DNA of 64,000 nt from IMG/VR virus record IMGVR_UViG_3300010165_000001, positions 76,165 through 140,164 of that record, one strand, 5' to 3'. The notes under the pieces are model-generated. The model worked only from the letters and a program-made list of their open reading frames with translations. It searched no databases and was not told the origin of the DNA. Shown here one piece after another: positions 1 to 10,066 of this stretch. The stretch's first letter is position 1; the number at the start of each line of letters is the position of its first letter. Origin of the DNA: a virus. Position numbers and translations under genes: made by a program.

Positions 1-194
1 GTATCTACTGAATTACGTTTGTGGAACAAATCTCCTCCAAATATAACTTTAGCTTTTTCTTCTCTAGCAATATTAAACACTTTCTGTAATGCCTCTATTT
101 GCTCTTTAAATCTATCATTTACATAATATTCATCAGGTTTTGCATAGTTTGTAAATAAATGAAAATGACTATCAGTAAAAAATATAAATTTCAT
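1..194 (-). CDS. Mre11/SbcD-like metallophosphoesterase (recombination exonuclease), N-terminal part; gene runs off the window
   Basis: Minus-strand ATG at 192-194 overlaps the upstream stop (TAATG). Translation MKFIFFTDSHFH...VIFGGDLFHKRN carries phosphoesterase motifs I (DxH) and II (GD). Confidence 0.7.
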   Translation of the reverse strand, partial: MKFIFFTDSHFHLFTNYAKPDEYYVNDRFKEQIEALQKVFNIAREEKAKVIFGGDLFHKRNSVD

Positions 195-508
195 TATTTA
201 TCCTCCAAATCCTCTTCAACAAGTTTGTGTATATGTTTTTCTAGTTCGTCAGATGAAGTATCTACATCATTTACATAAGTAGTTATTTTATTATTGTTAT
301 CTGTTAAAATAATTGTATTTGGTTTATATTCAAGCTCAAACACTCTATCTTCTGGACTTGCTACTTCAATTGTCATCCCTTTAGTTTCTGACTCACTTGT
401 TAGAAATACTACATATCCTTCTGGTTTACTTCTATTAAAAAATCTAAAGTTAATTATTGGGTCAAAATTTCTCATTATAAATCTCTCCTTTTTTTGTTTG
501 TAAACCAA
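194..508 (-). CDS. hypothetical protein (104 aa)
   Basis: ORF track; tightly packed and co-directional with neighbours; no recognisable motif. Confidence 0.55.
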   Translation of the reverse strand: MVYKQKKERFIMRNFDPIINFRFFNRSKPEGYVVFLTSESETKGMTIEVASPEDRVFELEYKPNTIILTDNNNKITTYVNDVDTSSDELEKHIHKLVEEDLEDK

Positions 509-513
509 GTATA

Positions 514-882
514 CTATAATACTTGGTCATTGTCAATATTTAAATACATTGTGCATACAATTGTTTCTGAACTGTTATTTAGTTTTTCTTCCAAATGGAA
601 TATCCCCATTTCATCTAGTACTCTAGGTACAAAGTGTGCATATTCCCATCCTTCTGTATACCATGTATCAACAAAGTCTTCTCCTTTTTTAATACCTTCT
701 AATACTTTAATTGTCATTTCTAGTTTTATTAGATTATATTCATCCTCGTCACCTTTTTGTTCATCTAAAACAATATCAATTGCACCTTCTAATGTTTCTA
801 TTAGACTTTCAATACTTTCCTCTGATAATTCTTTTATGTAATTAATATTCATATAAAACCTCTCCTTTATTTGTAATCTCAT
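514..882 (-). CDS. hypothetical acidic protein (122 aa)
   Basis: ORF track; co-directional packing; no motif recognised. Confidence 0.55.
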   Translation of the reverse strand: MRLQIKERFYMNINYIKELSEESIESLIETLEGAIDIVLDEQKGDEDEYNLIKLEMTIKVLEGIKKGEDFVDTWYTEGWEYAHFVPRVLDEMGIFHLEEKLNNSSETIVCTMYLNIDNDQVL

Positions 883-922
883 TATACAATAAAAAACTAC
901 CTAAGTCAATAGGTAGTTTAAA

Positions 923-1195
923 TTATTTTTCCTTTAATTTTATTTCTATAGCTTCTATTACCTCATCTAAAGAATTACAAGGTATTGCAGGTTTTTTATC
1001 AGACATAACATTGTATTTATATCCTGAGGGGTTCCCTTCTTTACCTTGTAGTTTAGCCGACTCATCTAAGTCAATTACTCCTATACTTGTTCCTTTTAAA
1101 TAAAAAGCTTTAATATTTCCTTTATCTTCCCATGTTGCTTTATGTCTTGTGAATATACGTCTTGCTTTTTTATAAATCTTTTTAAAATCATCCAA
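923..1195 (-). CDS. hypothetical protein (90 aa)
   Basis: ORF track; start overlaps the end of the upstream helicase gene. Confidence 0.55.
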   Translation of the reverse strand: MDDFKKIYKKARRIFTRHKATWEDKGNIKAFYLKGTSIGVIDLDESAKLQGKEGNPSGYKYNVMSDKKPAIPCNSLDEVIEAIEIKLKEK

Positions 1196-2633
1196 TGGAC
1201 ATACCTCCGAATTTATTATTTAAAGCTTCTCTTTTATTTTCAGTCTTCTCAAATTTACTGTTATTCGGTTTGCTGTCTGAATCATTAATTAAGGATTTAT
1301 GTTCAATTAATTCATCTTCAGTCTCATCTCTAATTCTCATTTTCTCTGGTTCTACTTTCAGATGTACGAATGGGTCTCCTGTTCTTGTACCGTTACGAAC
1401 TTTATCTAGATAAAGTCTCATAAATCCAGATTTAAATTCCTCACTTGTTTGGTTAAGAACTAAAGCTACTTCTACAGTGTTAAGTATTTTCCTAGAACCT
1501 TCTACATGTTCACTTGTAATTACTTCTGCACTATATGCAGTTCTATTTGTTTGAGCTAGTGTCCAACATACAAAATCATATTTCTGTGCTAGACTTCGTA
1601 TTTCTTCAAACATCTTACCACCTGACTCACTTATATCATAGTATCTATCAAATTGGTTTCTCATAAGTTTAGGATAGTCAATTACAACTACATCTATATT
1701 TTTACCTTTTTTAATTGTTGTATCTATAATCAATTGTTCCAAGTTACCAATTGAAAGTTCATTAGGTTGGTATTTAGCAATATAATAATCACCAAACATA
1801 TGTCCATCTCTTTTATAAATACTTTGGATACCTTCAAATAAGTCTTCGTTTAGTTGCATCTCAGAGTTCATTAAAGTCTTCTTATCTATACCAGCAAATT
1901 GTTGCTCTGCTCTTAGTACTAATCTGTTTTCTAATTCCTCTAATGCTACATACAAAACATTAAGTCCTTGCTTAACATAATTTCTTGCTAAGTTAGAAGC
2001 AAAGAAAGATTTACCTTTACCTGTAGGTGCAATGAATACTCCAACTTCCCCTCTTGCAATCCCACCTTCAATTTCTCTATCTAAAGCATGATATCCTGTA
2101 GAGAATTTATTTTGATTGATTGTATTTAAGAGTTCACGTTTTTTATCTACATCATTAAAGAAGTCAATAAAAGAACCATTTGTTCCTGCTATATCTTTAA
2201 TGTCTATTTGTTTTAACTCATCTATAAGTTCATTCAAGTTCTCTGAATCTTCTTGTTTGTTTTCAGATAAGAATTTAGCTAGAGCATTTTTAGATAATTC
2301 TGTTTTAACATATCTCTCTATCTCTTTATTTAATCCTTTATCTTGACTATCTACCTCAACATTATATAATTCATCTAAATATTGAATTGTTTGTGTTACT
2401 TCTTCAGGGTCTTTTTTACTTCTATCTAATAGTTCTTCAATCTTAGCTGATAATGCTTGCTGAGATAATGGTTCAGAGTTAGTCACAGCATTTCTTTTAA
2501 GAACTGTAAATATTGTACTCATATTATCATTATCTGTAAATAACTTACCAGGTAAAGTTGTAAGAACATCCTTCGCAAACCCAATATCTTTAATAGATTT
2601 ACTTAAGATAGAATCTTTAATCGTTTTACTCAT
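1188..2633 (-). CDS. DnaB-like replicative helicase (RecA-fold ATPase)
   Basis: Walker A GVFIAPTGKGKSFFA and Walker B-like VVVIDYPKLM in the C-terminal half. Size and position match the roughly 480-aa helicase of phage K-type replication modules. Confidence 0.7.
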   Translation of the reverse strand: MSKTIKDSILSKSIKDIGFAKDVLTTLPGKLFTDNDNMSTIFTVLKRNAVTNSEPLSQQALSAKIEELLDRSKKDPEEVTQTIQYLDELYNVEVDSQDKGLNKEIERYVKTELSKNALAKFLSENKQEDSENLNELIDELKQIDIKDIAGTNGSFIDFFNDVDKKRELLNTINQNKFSTGYHALDREIEGGIARGEVGVFIAPTGKGKSFFASNLARNYVKQGLNVLYVALEELENRLVLRAEQQFAGIDKKTLMNSEMQLNEDLFEGIQSIYKRDGHMFGDYYIAKYQPNELSIGNLEQLIIDTTIKKGKNIDVVVIDYPKLMRNQFDRYYDISESGGKMFEEIRSLAQKYDFVCWTLAQTNRTAYSAEVITSEHVEGSRKILNTVEVALVLNQTSEEFKSGFMRLYLDKVRNGTRTGDPFVHLKVEPEKMRIRDETEDELIEHKSLINDSDSKPNNSKFEKTENKREALNNKFGGMSIG

Positions 2634-2648
2634 CTTAGTACTCCTTTC

Positions 2649-4193
2649 CTATATATTTAACATACCATATTTTGTGAATGGAATCAAATGTTTTTTATTA
2701 TATTTTTCTAGTATGTGTTTTATATCTCTCATATCTATGTCTAACCCTGTGTAGTAACCAAACATTCTTAAAGTATTATAGTCTATAATATCATTATAAG
2801 CATTTACAAAGTCTGCTCCTAATCGTATATCTGCTTCAGTATCAGTCAAACCTTCAATCTCTAAGACGTTGTTATTAAGAGGTCGGATTAACCCTATCCT
2901 TCTTAGATGTGCTACAGATAAAACTCTAGTTTGTTCTGAAAGAATTAAATCAATTAAATACATTCTTTGTAGAGGGAACATAGATAATCTATAAGTATTA
3001 GTAATTGTTTTAGGTGCATAACTATCTATAATTAGTAGCTTAACAAACCTATCTATCTTTTCTTTGTCCTCTTGTTCAAATTGTTTTATTTCTTCTTTGA
3101 ACGTTTGGTAATAATTAAGTAAGTGTTGTTGTTTCTGCTCGATTAATCCTATTTGATAATCTTCTAAATCCATAGCTACATTAAATACTGTATTAATATC
3201 ATAAGTTAAATGATGATAGTCTTTAATTAATAATAGCTTTAATTGTTGTAAGATTGTATCTTCATTATATTCAACTTCACTATTCATTCGTTGTGTGTAG
3301 TTAGTGAGTTGTCTATTATCACTATTCATACGATTTCTAATTGCATCCAGATATTTATAATAATTATCTATCTTTCTTTGTTCTGTAAACTCTACAGGTT
3401 GAGGTACAGGTTTATCTTCTTTACCTTGCTCAAACATAAAACTATGTGTACTAAATACATTTATCATAAATTTAATTATATCTATTTCATAAGATAGATG
3501 ATACAGGTATAGGAAATAACCATAAGTTGTGTTACCAAAGAAATCATCATTAAGAGTTTGTTGTCTTTCGTACTTAACAACTTGTTCTGCATAATAATTA
3601 GATTTAGCTTCTAAAGAAGAAATGTATTCTGGATATTCATTATTCTTAATTGCTTTCTCTGTTTGTTCTTTAAACTTTCTTTTTCTAACCTTTAAATGTA
3701 TTGTACAAAGCTTATCATATATTTTTGAAAGTATATAAGTCTTAAAATGTTTCTCTGGGTCTGAGGATACTTCAAAGACTTCTTTGGTTGGAAATCTACT
3801 ATATCTCATTCTAAAGTTCATTTCTTGAATTATTTTTCTTTCCTCATCTTTAATCGAATCAAAGACAACTTGTTCTTTAGGTGTTCTCTTATTCTCTTTT
3901 CTGTAAAATACCCTAGACCTCAAGTCTTTTGCATAATCACTATCAGATTCTATAATATTTTCGTTAGTATTGAGAAAATCTTGAAGGTCTACTTCTGTAT
4001 TAATAATAATATCTAAACCTTGTTTCTTCTTTTCTACTTTAATTTTATTCTCTTCTTCTAGTTGTTTTAGTCTACTATTTAATATAGGTATAGAGATACT
4101 TAATTTTTCAGCTAGTAATTTCTTAGTTCTTATATTAAATAATCTTTGCTTACTGTTTTCTTTTAAATATTTAAGTACTTCTTGCTTATCCAC
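2649..4193 (-). CDS. replication-associated (Rep-like) protein with N-terminal HTH
   Basis: 514-aa ORF between two helicase genes, as in K-like phages. N-terminal LLAEKLSISIPILNSRLKQLEE looks like a winged HTH. Confidence 0.45.
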   Translation of the reverse strand: MDKQEVLKYLKENSKQRLFNIRTKKLLAEKLSISIPILNSRLKQLEEENKIKVEKKKQGLDIIINTEVDLQDFLNTNENIIESDSDYAKDLRSRVFYRKENKRTPKEQVVFDSIKDEERKIIQEMNFRMRYSRFPTKEVFEVSSDPEKHFKTYILSKIYDKLCTIHLKVRKRKFKEQTEKAIKNNEYPEYISSLEAKSNYYAEQVVKYERQQTLNDDFFGNTTYGYFLYLYHLSYEIDIIKFMINVFSTHSFMFEQGKEDKPVPQPVEFTEQRKIDNYYKYLDAIRNRMNSDNRQLTNYTQRMNSEVEYNEDTILQQLKLLLIKDYHHLTYDINTVFNVAMDLEDYQIGLIEQKQQHLLNYYQTFKEEIKQFEQEDKEKIDRFVKLLIIDSYAPKTITNTYRLSMFPLQRMYLIDLILSEQTRVLSVAHLRRIGLIRPLNNNVLEIEGLTDTEADIRLGADFVNAYNDIIDYNTLRMFGYYTGLDIDMRDIKHILEKYNKKHLIPFTKYGMLNI

Positions 4194-4209
4194 ATTAACC
4201 CACCACTTT

Positions 4210-5955
4210 CTATTTTATTTCTCTTACTTCAAAGTTTTCGTTATCATAAATACTTCTTCTCTCTAAATAATGTTTATAGAGGAATTTGTTTGTCATGTCT
4301 ATAAAATCGTATATCTGTGTTGTATTATCTTCTTCTTTACGTCTTAAAGCACGACCTATTCTTTGTAATACTTGCCTTAAGGACTTTCCTCCTGCTGCAA
4401 TAATTAAAGTATTAATTCCAGAAATATCCACACCTTCATCTATAAGTGAAGTAGCAATAAGAACTTTAAGTTTACCTGACTTCATATCAGATAAATACTG
4501 TTTACGTTTATCTGTTTCTAAATCACCGTAAATAAATTCATGAGGAATATCATAACTTTCTAGTAATTCCGATATATTATTACCATGTTGTAAGAAATTA
4601 ACAATAATTAAAATACCTTTATTATCATAATAACACTTTTCTGTTATTTTTGCAACTAATGTATTTCTAAATTCATTATTCACAATACCTTTATCATATG
4701 CTACTTGGTATTGATTTTCTTCCTCTAAGTCAGTTGGGTTAGCTATAGGTATTGAATTGATTGTTGGTCTAGCTGATATTCCTCTTTCTATTAGATAATC
4801 ATTAGATACTTTAATAAGTATTTCTCCACATAATGCTTTTAGTCTCTGTACTGTTAGAGGGTCACTGTGGTCAATAGAACCTGTCAGTCCTATTTTGTAT
4901 AGAGCATTTTCACATTGTAATAAACTTGTATACCAAGTATCAGATTTAGCATGATGGAACTCATCACCAATGAAACATACAATACTCTGTAAGAAGTCTT
5001 TCATCTTGTAGTACTTATCATACTTCTTTTCATTTTTCTTTCTAAGGATTTCTTGGTACTTAACATTATACGTATTTAATTTCATCATTAATTCTGAATC
5101 TGATTTGTGGTCTTGATATATTTTAGTTAGTTCTTCTTTAAATGCTTGGTCTGCTTTTGTTTTAACTTTCATTTGTTCTAATATTAAGAATAACATTGTT
5201 CTCTTGTTAGGTGTTGTAGATAGTTTAGGTAATACCTGTAAAGCAACCTTCTTATAAATCATTTGTTTCTGGGTTAAAGTTACACCCTCACTTGGGTCTT
5301 TAAGATTTGCATTAACTGTAGGTATCATTACCACATTTACTTGTTTTATATCAAATGAACCTGCACCTATTTTACCTATAGGAATATTTAGCCTTTCTTT
5401 CATTCTGTCTGCTGTTTGATGGAATATTTCTTTACTGTGTGTGAAGAAAGCAATCGTTTCTCCTTTTTCTAAGTAAGGTAGAAGTTCTTGTATAATTCCT
5501 GCTGCTATCTCACTTTTCCCTGCATTAGTGGCTGCATTTAATATGCCATTATACTTAACTAGGGATTCTTCTACACCTTCTTGTTGATAGTCTCTTAGTG
5601 TAATTGTTCCTATCTTGTTATCTAATAACTTTATTTCTTTAGTTATATCTTCTGGTTCTAAGAAAGCTTCACTTCTTTCATCCACAACATCAAATTGGAA
5701 TGTATATCTATTCTGTAAATCGTATAATAATTCCTTTACTTGTTCTAAGAGACCACTAGGAAATCTATCTTTATCGAATTCATAGAAGTCTGTATATCCA
5801 TCCCATTTCTTAAGTTTAAATGCTTTAACAAACTGATAACCTTGTGCTCTTACGCCTATATGTGTATGAACCCTTTTTCTAAAAACCTCCCTTAACGTTT
5901 CTTCATTACCACCAAACTCCACGTAAGTATAAATATTTTGTAAATATAATTTCAT
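4210..5955 (-). CDS. superfamily 2 DNA helicase (DExH box)
   Basis: Motif I ATNAGKSEIAAG, motif II GDEFHH, motif VI QRIGRALRR. Start placed at the ATG at 5955 because AAAGGAG lies 5 nt upstream; the track TTG at 5970 overlaps that RBS. Confidence 0.8.
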   Translation of the reverse strand: MKLYLQNIYTYVEFGGNEETLREVFRKRVHTHIGVRAQGYQFVKAFKLKKWDGYTDFYEFDKDRFPSGLLEQVKELLYDLQNRYTFQFDVVDERSEAFLEPEDITKEIKLLDNKIGTITLRDYQQEGVEESLVKYNGILNAATNAGKSEIAAGIIQELLPYLEKGETIAFFTHSKEIFHQTADRMKERLNIPIGKIGAGSFDIKQVNVVMIPTVNANLKDPSEGVTLTQKQMIYKKVALQVLPKLSTTPNKRTMLFLILEQMKVKTKADQAFKEELTKIYQDHKSDSELMMKLNTYNVKYQEILRKKNEKKYDKYYKMKDFLQSIVCFIGDEFHHAKSDTWYTSLLQCENALYKIGLTGSIDHSDPLTVQRLKALCGEILIKVSNDYLIERGISARPTINSIPIANPTDLEEENQYQVAYDKGIVNNEFRNTLVAKITEKCYYDNKGILIIVNFLQHGNNISELLESYDIPHEFIYGDLETDKRKQYLSDMKSGKLKVLIATSLIDEGVDISGINTLIIAAGGKSLRQVLQRIGRALRRKEEDNTTQIYDFIDMTNKFLYKHYLERRSIYDNENFEVREIK

Positions 5956-6020
5956 TTGTTCTCCTTTCAATATTCATACCCACCATGTATTTATTATACC
6001 ATATAAGTTAAATTAAGTCA

Positions 6021-6050
6021 AAAAAAAAGATGCCTTTATTAAAAGGCATC
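6021..6050 (-). terminator. rho-independent terminator after the tail fibre genes
   Basis: GATGCCTTT/AAAGGCATC 9-bp stem (6029-6037/6042-6050) followed on the minus strand by T8 (6021-6028); overlaps the stop codon at 6039. Confidence 0.8.
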
Positions 6051-7424
6051 TATCATATTATAACCAATGATTCTGGTTACATATTGAGGTTTAGGGTTGT
6101 TTATAGCACTATCTTTAAGTTGGAAAGTATCATTTTTAAATTCCACACCAACTCTGTAGATGTTTTGTTCTGGTGGGCTTTCTCCTCCTACCATAGTTCC
6201 AGTTACTGCGTAATAACTTTCCCCGTCTCTGTAGAATTTGTGTGCTTTATTTTGAATATAGTCTTTACCTTTAGTAGCTTTATCTGTTCTCATTTTAGTA
6301 TATATTTCAACATAATCATAATTATTGATTGTATCTCTCATTGTTTGAGTTTTACCAACTGTAGTGAAACTCAAAGCCCCTTGCCATAAGACGTTTCCAC
6401 TTGGTGTAGTATTTGGAGTGGTGAAAGTGGAACTACTTATAGCTCCTGTAAATAATCGCCCACCATTGGTAATTGCGTAATAAATACCGTAACCACCTTC
6501 TGGTGTATCAGAAATTACCATTCCTCGGCTACTATACTTACCGGCAGGTGACTTATCTACGCCACCTTGACAATAGAAGGTAAACATTGTTTTACCTGTT
6601 TTTAACTTATTTAATACCGCTGTTTCCCAATCAATATCATCTGATTTATAAACAAATAAACCAAAGTTTGAATACTCTTTACCTGTCTCTGTAACACCTA
6701 CATCCCCTAATAAGAGGTTCTGTATTTCACTTGCATCTGTTTTATTTGTCTTCCAACCTATTGATGATTGAGATGAAGTTTTATACCCTGTATAGAACAT
6801 TCCTAATTCATTATTATAATATTCATAGTATTTATTATTATTGTTATCTACAAATATTTTAACAACACCTTCAGGATTTTTAATTTCTTCAGGTAAACCA
6901 GTACTATTATTTGTTAAGAAATAAGTACCAGGTTCAGCTGTATTTGATAAGTCTAAAGACTTACTAAAATATCTATTATTAGATAACGCATTAAAGTATA
7001 CCCACTCTGAGTTACCTTCTTGTGTAATAAACCTATAAACAACTTTACCATCTTCTAAGTTTTTACCTAATGTTGTGATTTGCTGAATAACTTCAGCTTC
7101 TCTTCTTGTAGGTTTTATTTCTATAATAGAATCACTTGTAATTAGAGATTTAGGTTTATCTGGTAATGTTGCTAATACAGATGCTGTCACATAATAAGTA
7201 CCTGCTTGAGTTAAGTCTGACAAGTATCTTATTGTCTTGCTTAAAGCTAATCCTGTATCTGTTGTTAGTTTGTATCTTTGTGAGTTTCCTAAAGAAGATT
7301 TTAAGTCATTAACTTGGGTGAAGATATTGCCTGATTTAGACAACTCCCCACCTATTTTATTAAGTTCTTCTGTGTATTTAAGGAAGGTATCAGTTTCTGT
7401 TATTCTGTTAAATTCTACAGCCAT
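6039..7424 (-). CDS. receptor-binding/tail fibre protein (461 aa), paralogue of 7852-9834
   Basis: Last structural gene before the replication module, as for the roughly 458-aa RBP of K-like phages. Shares N-terminal MA(V/F)EFN and C-terminal TFY(C/A)QGG blocks with the 660-aa ORF. Confidence 0.6.
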   Translation of the reverse strand: MAVEFNRITETDTFLKYTEELNKIGGELSKSGNIFTQVNDLKSSLGNSQRYKLTTDTGLALSKTIRYLSDLTQAGTYYVTASVLATLPDKPKSLITSDSIIEIKPTRREAEVIQQITTLGKNLEDGKVVYRFITQEGNSEWVYFNALSNNRYFSKSLDLSNTAEPGTYFLTNNSTGLPEEIKNPEGVVKIFVDNNNNKYYEYYNNELGMFYTGYKTSSQSSIGWKTNKTDASEIQNLLLGDVGVTETGKEYSNFGLFVYKSDDIDWETAVLNKLKTGKTMFTFYCQGGVDKSPAGKYSSRGMVISDTPEGGYGIYYAITNGGRLFTGAISSSTFTTPNTTPSGNVLWQGALSFTTVGKTQTMRDTINNYDYVEIYTKMRTDKATKGKDYIQNKAHKFYRDGESYYAVTGTMVGGESPPEQNIYRVGVEFKNDTFQLKDSAINNPKPQYVTRIIGYNMIDAF

Positions 7425-7837
7425 TATTTAGATTCTCCCTTACCTAATATTAATTTTTTAAGTTCTTCTAATTCTTTAGCTAGTTTATCATATTCTTCTC
7501 TAGATACTGTTTCAACTTGTTGTTGTTGTTCTTCTCTTTTACGTTGTTCTTCTTCTCTACGTTTTACAATTTCCCCATATTCGGTATTTTCTCTAACCTC
7601 GTAAGGTTCTGTAAGTAAAACAAACCTATCTGTATCATAGTCTTTAAAGAAATTATCGGGTAAAAGTAGGCTTGCATTTTCAAAGTAAAAACTTCTAGGG
7701 TCATCTTCTCCTGTTATACCTCCGAATGTTGTATACCCTGTAATAATCCCTGTTTCAGTATCAACGTTTAAGGTTATATTATCATTATTTCTATAGTCTA
7801 CATTTCTAAAACTAGGTTCAATTGTTTTAGTCATCAT
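7424..7837 (-). CDS. hypothetical protein with Glu/Gln/Lys-rich coiled-coil tail (possible fibre chaperone)
   Basis: ORF track; ATGA-type overlap with the downstream gene; REEEQRKREEQQQQ coiled-coil segment. Confidence 0.5.
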   Translation of the reverse strand: MMTKTIEPSFRNVDYRNNDNITLNVDTETGIITGYTTFGGITGEDDPRSFYFENASLLLPDNFFKDYDTDRFVLLTEPYEVRENTEYGEIVKRREEEQRKREEQQQQVETVSREEYDKLAKELEELKKLILGKGESK

Positions 7838-7851
7838 AAATCTCTCCTTTT

Positions 7852-9834
7852 CTACAATGTATTAATTCCTGTTATACGTTTTATTGATATATCACCTTTT
7901 TCATTAAATCTATTTACTTTTTTATCTGTAACACTTAAATTTTTAGACATTCCAGATACAGCCTCTATAGGATTATCATTAGATACAATAAAATAGCCCT
8001 CGAAAGCATCGAATCCTGTTCTTGTAGAACTATTACTTAAGTTAAAGTCTCTTATATAATAGTATTCAGAGAAATCAGGAGAAACTCTAACTCTTCTAGT
8101 AGCAAGATGTCCTGCTGCATTTGTATAATAAGTTACATCTAAAAACTCATAATTGTGTATACTATCAGATAATTTAACTTTAGCTCCTATTTCTCCTAAG
8201 TCTAGGGTACCATCCCACAAGTATGTTGCTTGTTCTGTCTTTCTTAAAGGAGACCACCCTTCTTGACTGTCTGCTTCACTGAATCTATTATCATCGTAAT
8301 ACAAATTATAGTTTAACCCATCGTAATCTGTAAATTGTGCATTAATAAACTTACGACCTGATTTTGTATCTCCATTATCATTATCTACTTGAACTGTTCC
8401 TCTTACAGAATTACCTTTTGGAGTCCCTTCTATACCACCTTGAGCGTAAAAAGTATGGAAACCTTGAGGTAGTGTTTGTATTAAATCTTGTAAAGTCATA
8501 TTTCCTACTTCGTTCTTCCAAAACGTATATTTGAAATAGTTATCATTGTTAATATCTGTTGGGTAGTTATTTAATATAGATTGTTCATCAGGGTTTTCTA
8601 ACCAATTTGTATAGATTTCATCAAATTGTTTCTTATCATCTACATGTGTAATAAATGGGGTAACTTTATCTCCCTTTTCCAATTTAGGTAGTGCGAAATA
8701 AGCTGTCCAACTGTTTGATGGGGCTGTTCTAGTTAAATTCCCTCTTAAGTTACCTGTAATGTACTTAACTCCTGAAGGAACTGTTTGTGTATTGGTTATT
8801 CTTACCCACTCACCTGGTTTAATTATTTCTATAGCATTAGTTCCATTAACCGTTGTAGCACTACCTATTTGATTATTTATGTCTGAATTTATACTATCAT
8901 ATTTAGCAATTTGTATATAAACCCAGTTATCTTTCATAGCATCTACATTATCAACCATAACGTAAGAAGAGAACGTAATTTCGTCTCCCACTTTAACATC
9001 TTTACCTACTTCTAAATAATTACTTCTTATTAATGGATGATTATATGAAGTAGTATCCGAAATACCTACTGTTTTTTGACCTTGAAATTTAACTCCTGTA
9101 TCAAAATCTATACCTCTTGATACACCAATTATTTGAGAGCTCCAAGCTTTATCTACTGTTTCTTCTGTGTACCTCTGAGGTATTTTTGTAAATAAAGCAT
9201 CTTTAATTAAGTTAGGGTTTTGTACTTCCCTAGCTCTTTTTTGCATTTTTGTATATGTTGTAGTAGAATTAACAGGATTGAATGTTGTGATACTTGTATT
9301 ACCATTCTCATGAACTTTTGTCTCTAACCATCCTTCATTCATTTCAGGTTTTGGAGGGTCTACTAAGTTCTTAACATATATTGTTTTACTATTATTTAAT
9401 TCTCTAATATCTATATCTTCTTGTGTAGTATATTGACCTTGTTCATTGGTAAATTTATATTTTTGCCAATTATTTGTTTCTTCGTCCAATACAAACTTTT
9501 TCCAATCAGATAGTACTCCATTACGGTAGGTTCTTAAATATAAGTTTTCATTATTATAAGGATTAAAATATATTTTGTAGGAGTTATTATTTCTCTTTTC
9601 AAAGAAAACAAAACCATTCCAATTTGAATCTTTAGGTTGGTTTTTAGAGGTTGTTACATAATAATTTCCTGTTACATTTATATATTTTAAAATATCTTCA
9701 AAGTCAGGAGAATCTACGGTCTCTACATCTTCTTTAGTTAGTTCATTCTTTAGGTATTCTCCTACCTTATTTACTTCCTTAGTCATATCAGATAAATATT
9801 GCTTTTCAGTTAAGCTATTAAATTCAAATGCCAT
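7852..9834 (-). CDS. receptor-binding/tail fibre protein (660 aa)
   Basis: Position and size as the roughly 640-aa RBP of K-like phages; paralogous ends with 6039-7424. Confidence 0.6.
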   Translation of the reverse strand: MAFEFNSLTEKQYLSDMTKEVNKVGEYLKNELTKEDVETVDSPDFEDILKYINVTGNYYVTTSKNQPKDSNWNGFVFFEKRNNNSYKIYFNPYNNENLYLRTYRNGVLSDWKKFVLDEETNNWQKYKFTNEQGQYTTQEDIDIRELNNSKTIYVKNLVDPPKPEMNEGWLETKVHENGNTSITTFNPVNSTTTYTKMQKRAREVQNPNLIKDALFTKIPQRYTEETVDKAWSSQIIGVSRGIDFDTGVKFQGQKTVGISDTTSYNHPLIRSNYLEVGKDVKVGDEITFSSYVMVDNVDAMKDNWVYIQIAKYDSINSDINNQIGSATTVNGTNAIEIIKPGEWVRITNTQTVPSGVKYITGNLRGNLTRTAPSNSWTAYFALPKLEKGDKVTPFITHVDDKKQFDEIYTNWLENPDEQSILNNYPTDINNDNYFKYTFWKNEVGNMTLQDLIQTLPQGFHTFYAQGGIEGTPKGNSVRGTVQVDNDNGDTKSGRKFINAQFTDYDGLNYNLYYDDNRFSEADSQEGWSPLRKTEQATYLWDGTLDLGEIGAKVKLSDSIHNYEFLDVTYYTNAAGHLATRRVRVSPDFSEYYYIRDFNLSNSSTRTGFDAFEGYFIVSNDNPIEAVSGMSKNLSVTDKKVNRFNEKGDISIKRITGINTL

Positions 9835-9837
9835 ATT

Positions 9838-10008
9838 CTATTTACCTTCTCTCAATTTGTTTAATTCTTTCATATATTCTTCTTTTATTTTTTTAACTTC
9901 GTCTAGTTCACTTCTCAAATCTTCTTTAAGCTTTTTTGTTGTTCTTTCTTCTCGTGTAGGTACAAATAATAATGCACCTGAATAATAATCTCTTTTTTCT
10001 GTAGGCAT
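9838..10008 (-). CDS. small hypothetical protein (56 aa), below the ORF-track cutoff
   Basis: ATG at 10006-10008 preceded by GAGGTGA. Reads MPTEKRDYYSGALLFVPTREERTTKK...LREGK with TAG at 9838-9840, 3 nt before the next start. Confidence 0.5.
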   Translation of the reverse strand: MPTEKRDYYSGALLFVPTREERTTKKLKEDLRSELDEVKKIKEEYMKELNKLREGK

Positions 10009-10039
10009 TTCTTTCACCTCTTAAGTATTTTTTGTATGT

Positions 10040-10065
10040 AAGAAAAAGGGCTTGATAGCCCTTTT
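10040..10065 (-). terminator. rho-independent terminator-like hairpin
   Basis: AAAAGGGCT/AGCCCTTTT stem directly after the stop at 10067, followed by a T-rich run on the minus strand. Confidence 0.55.
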
Positions 10066-10066
10066 A

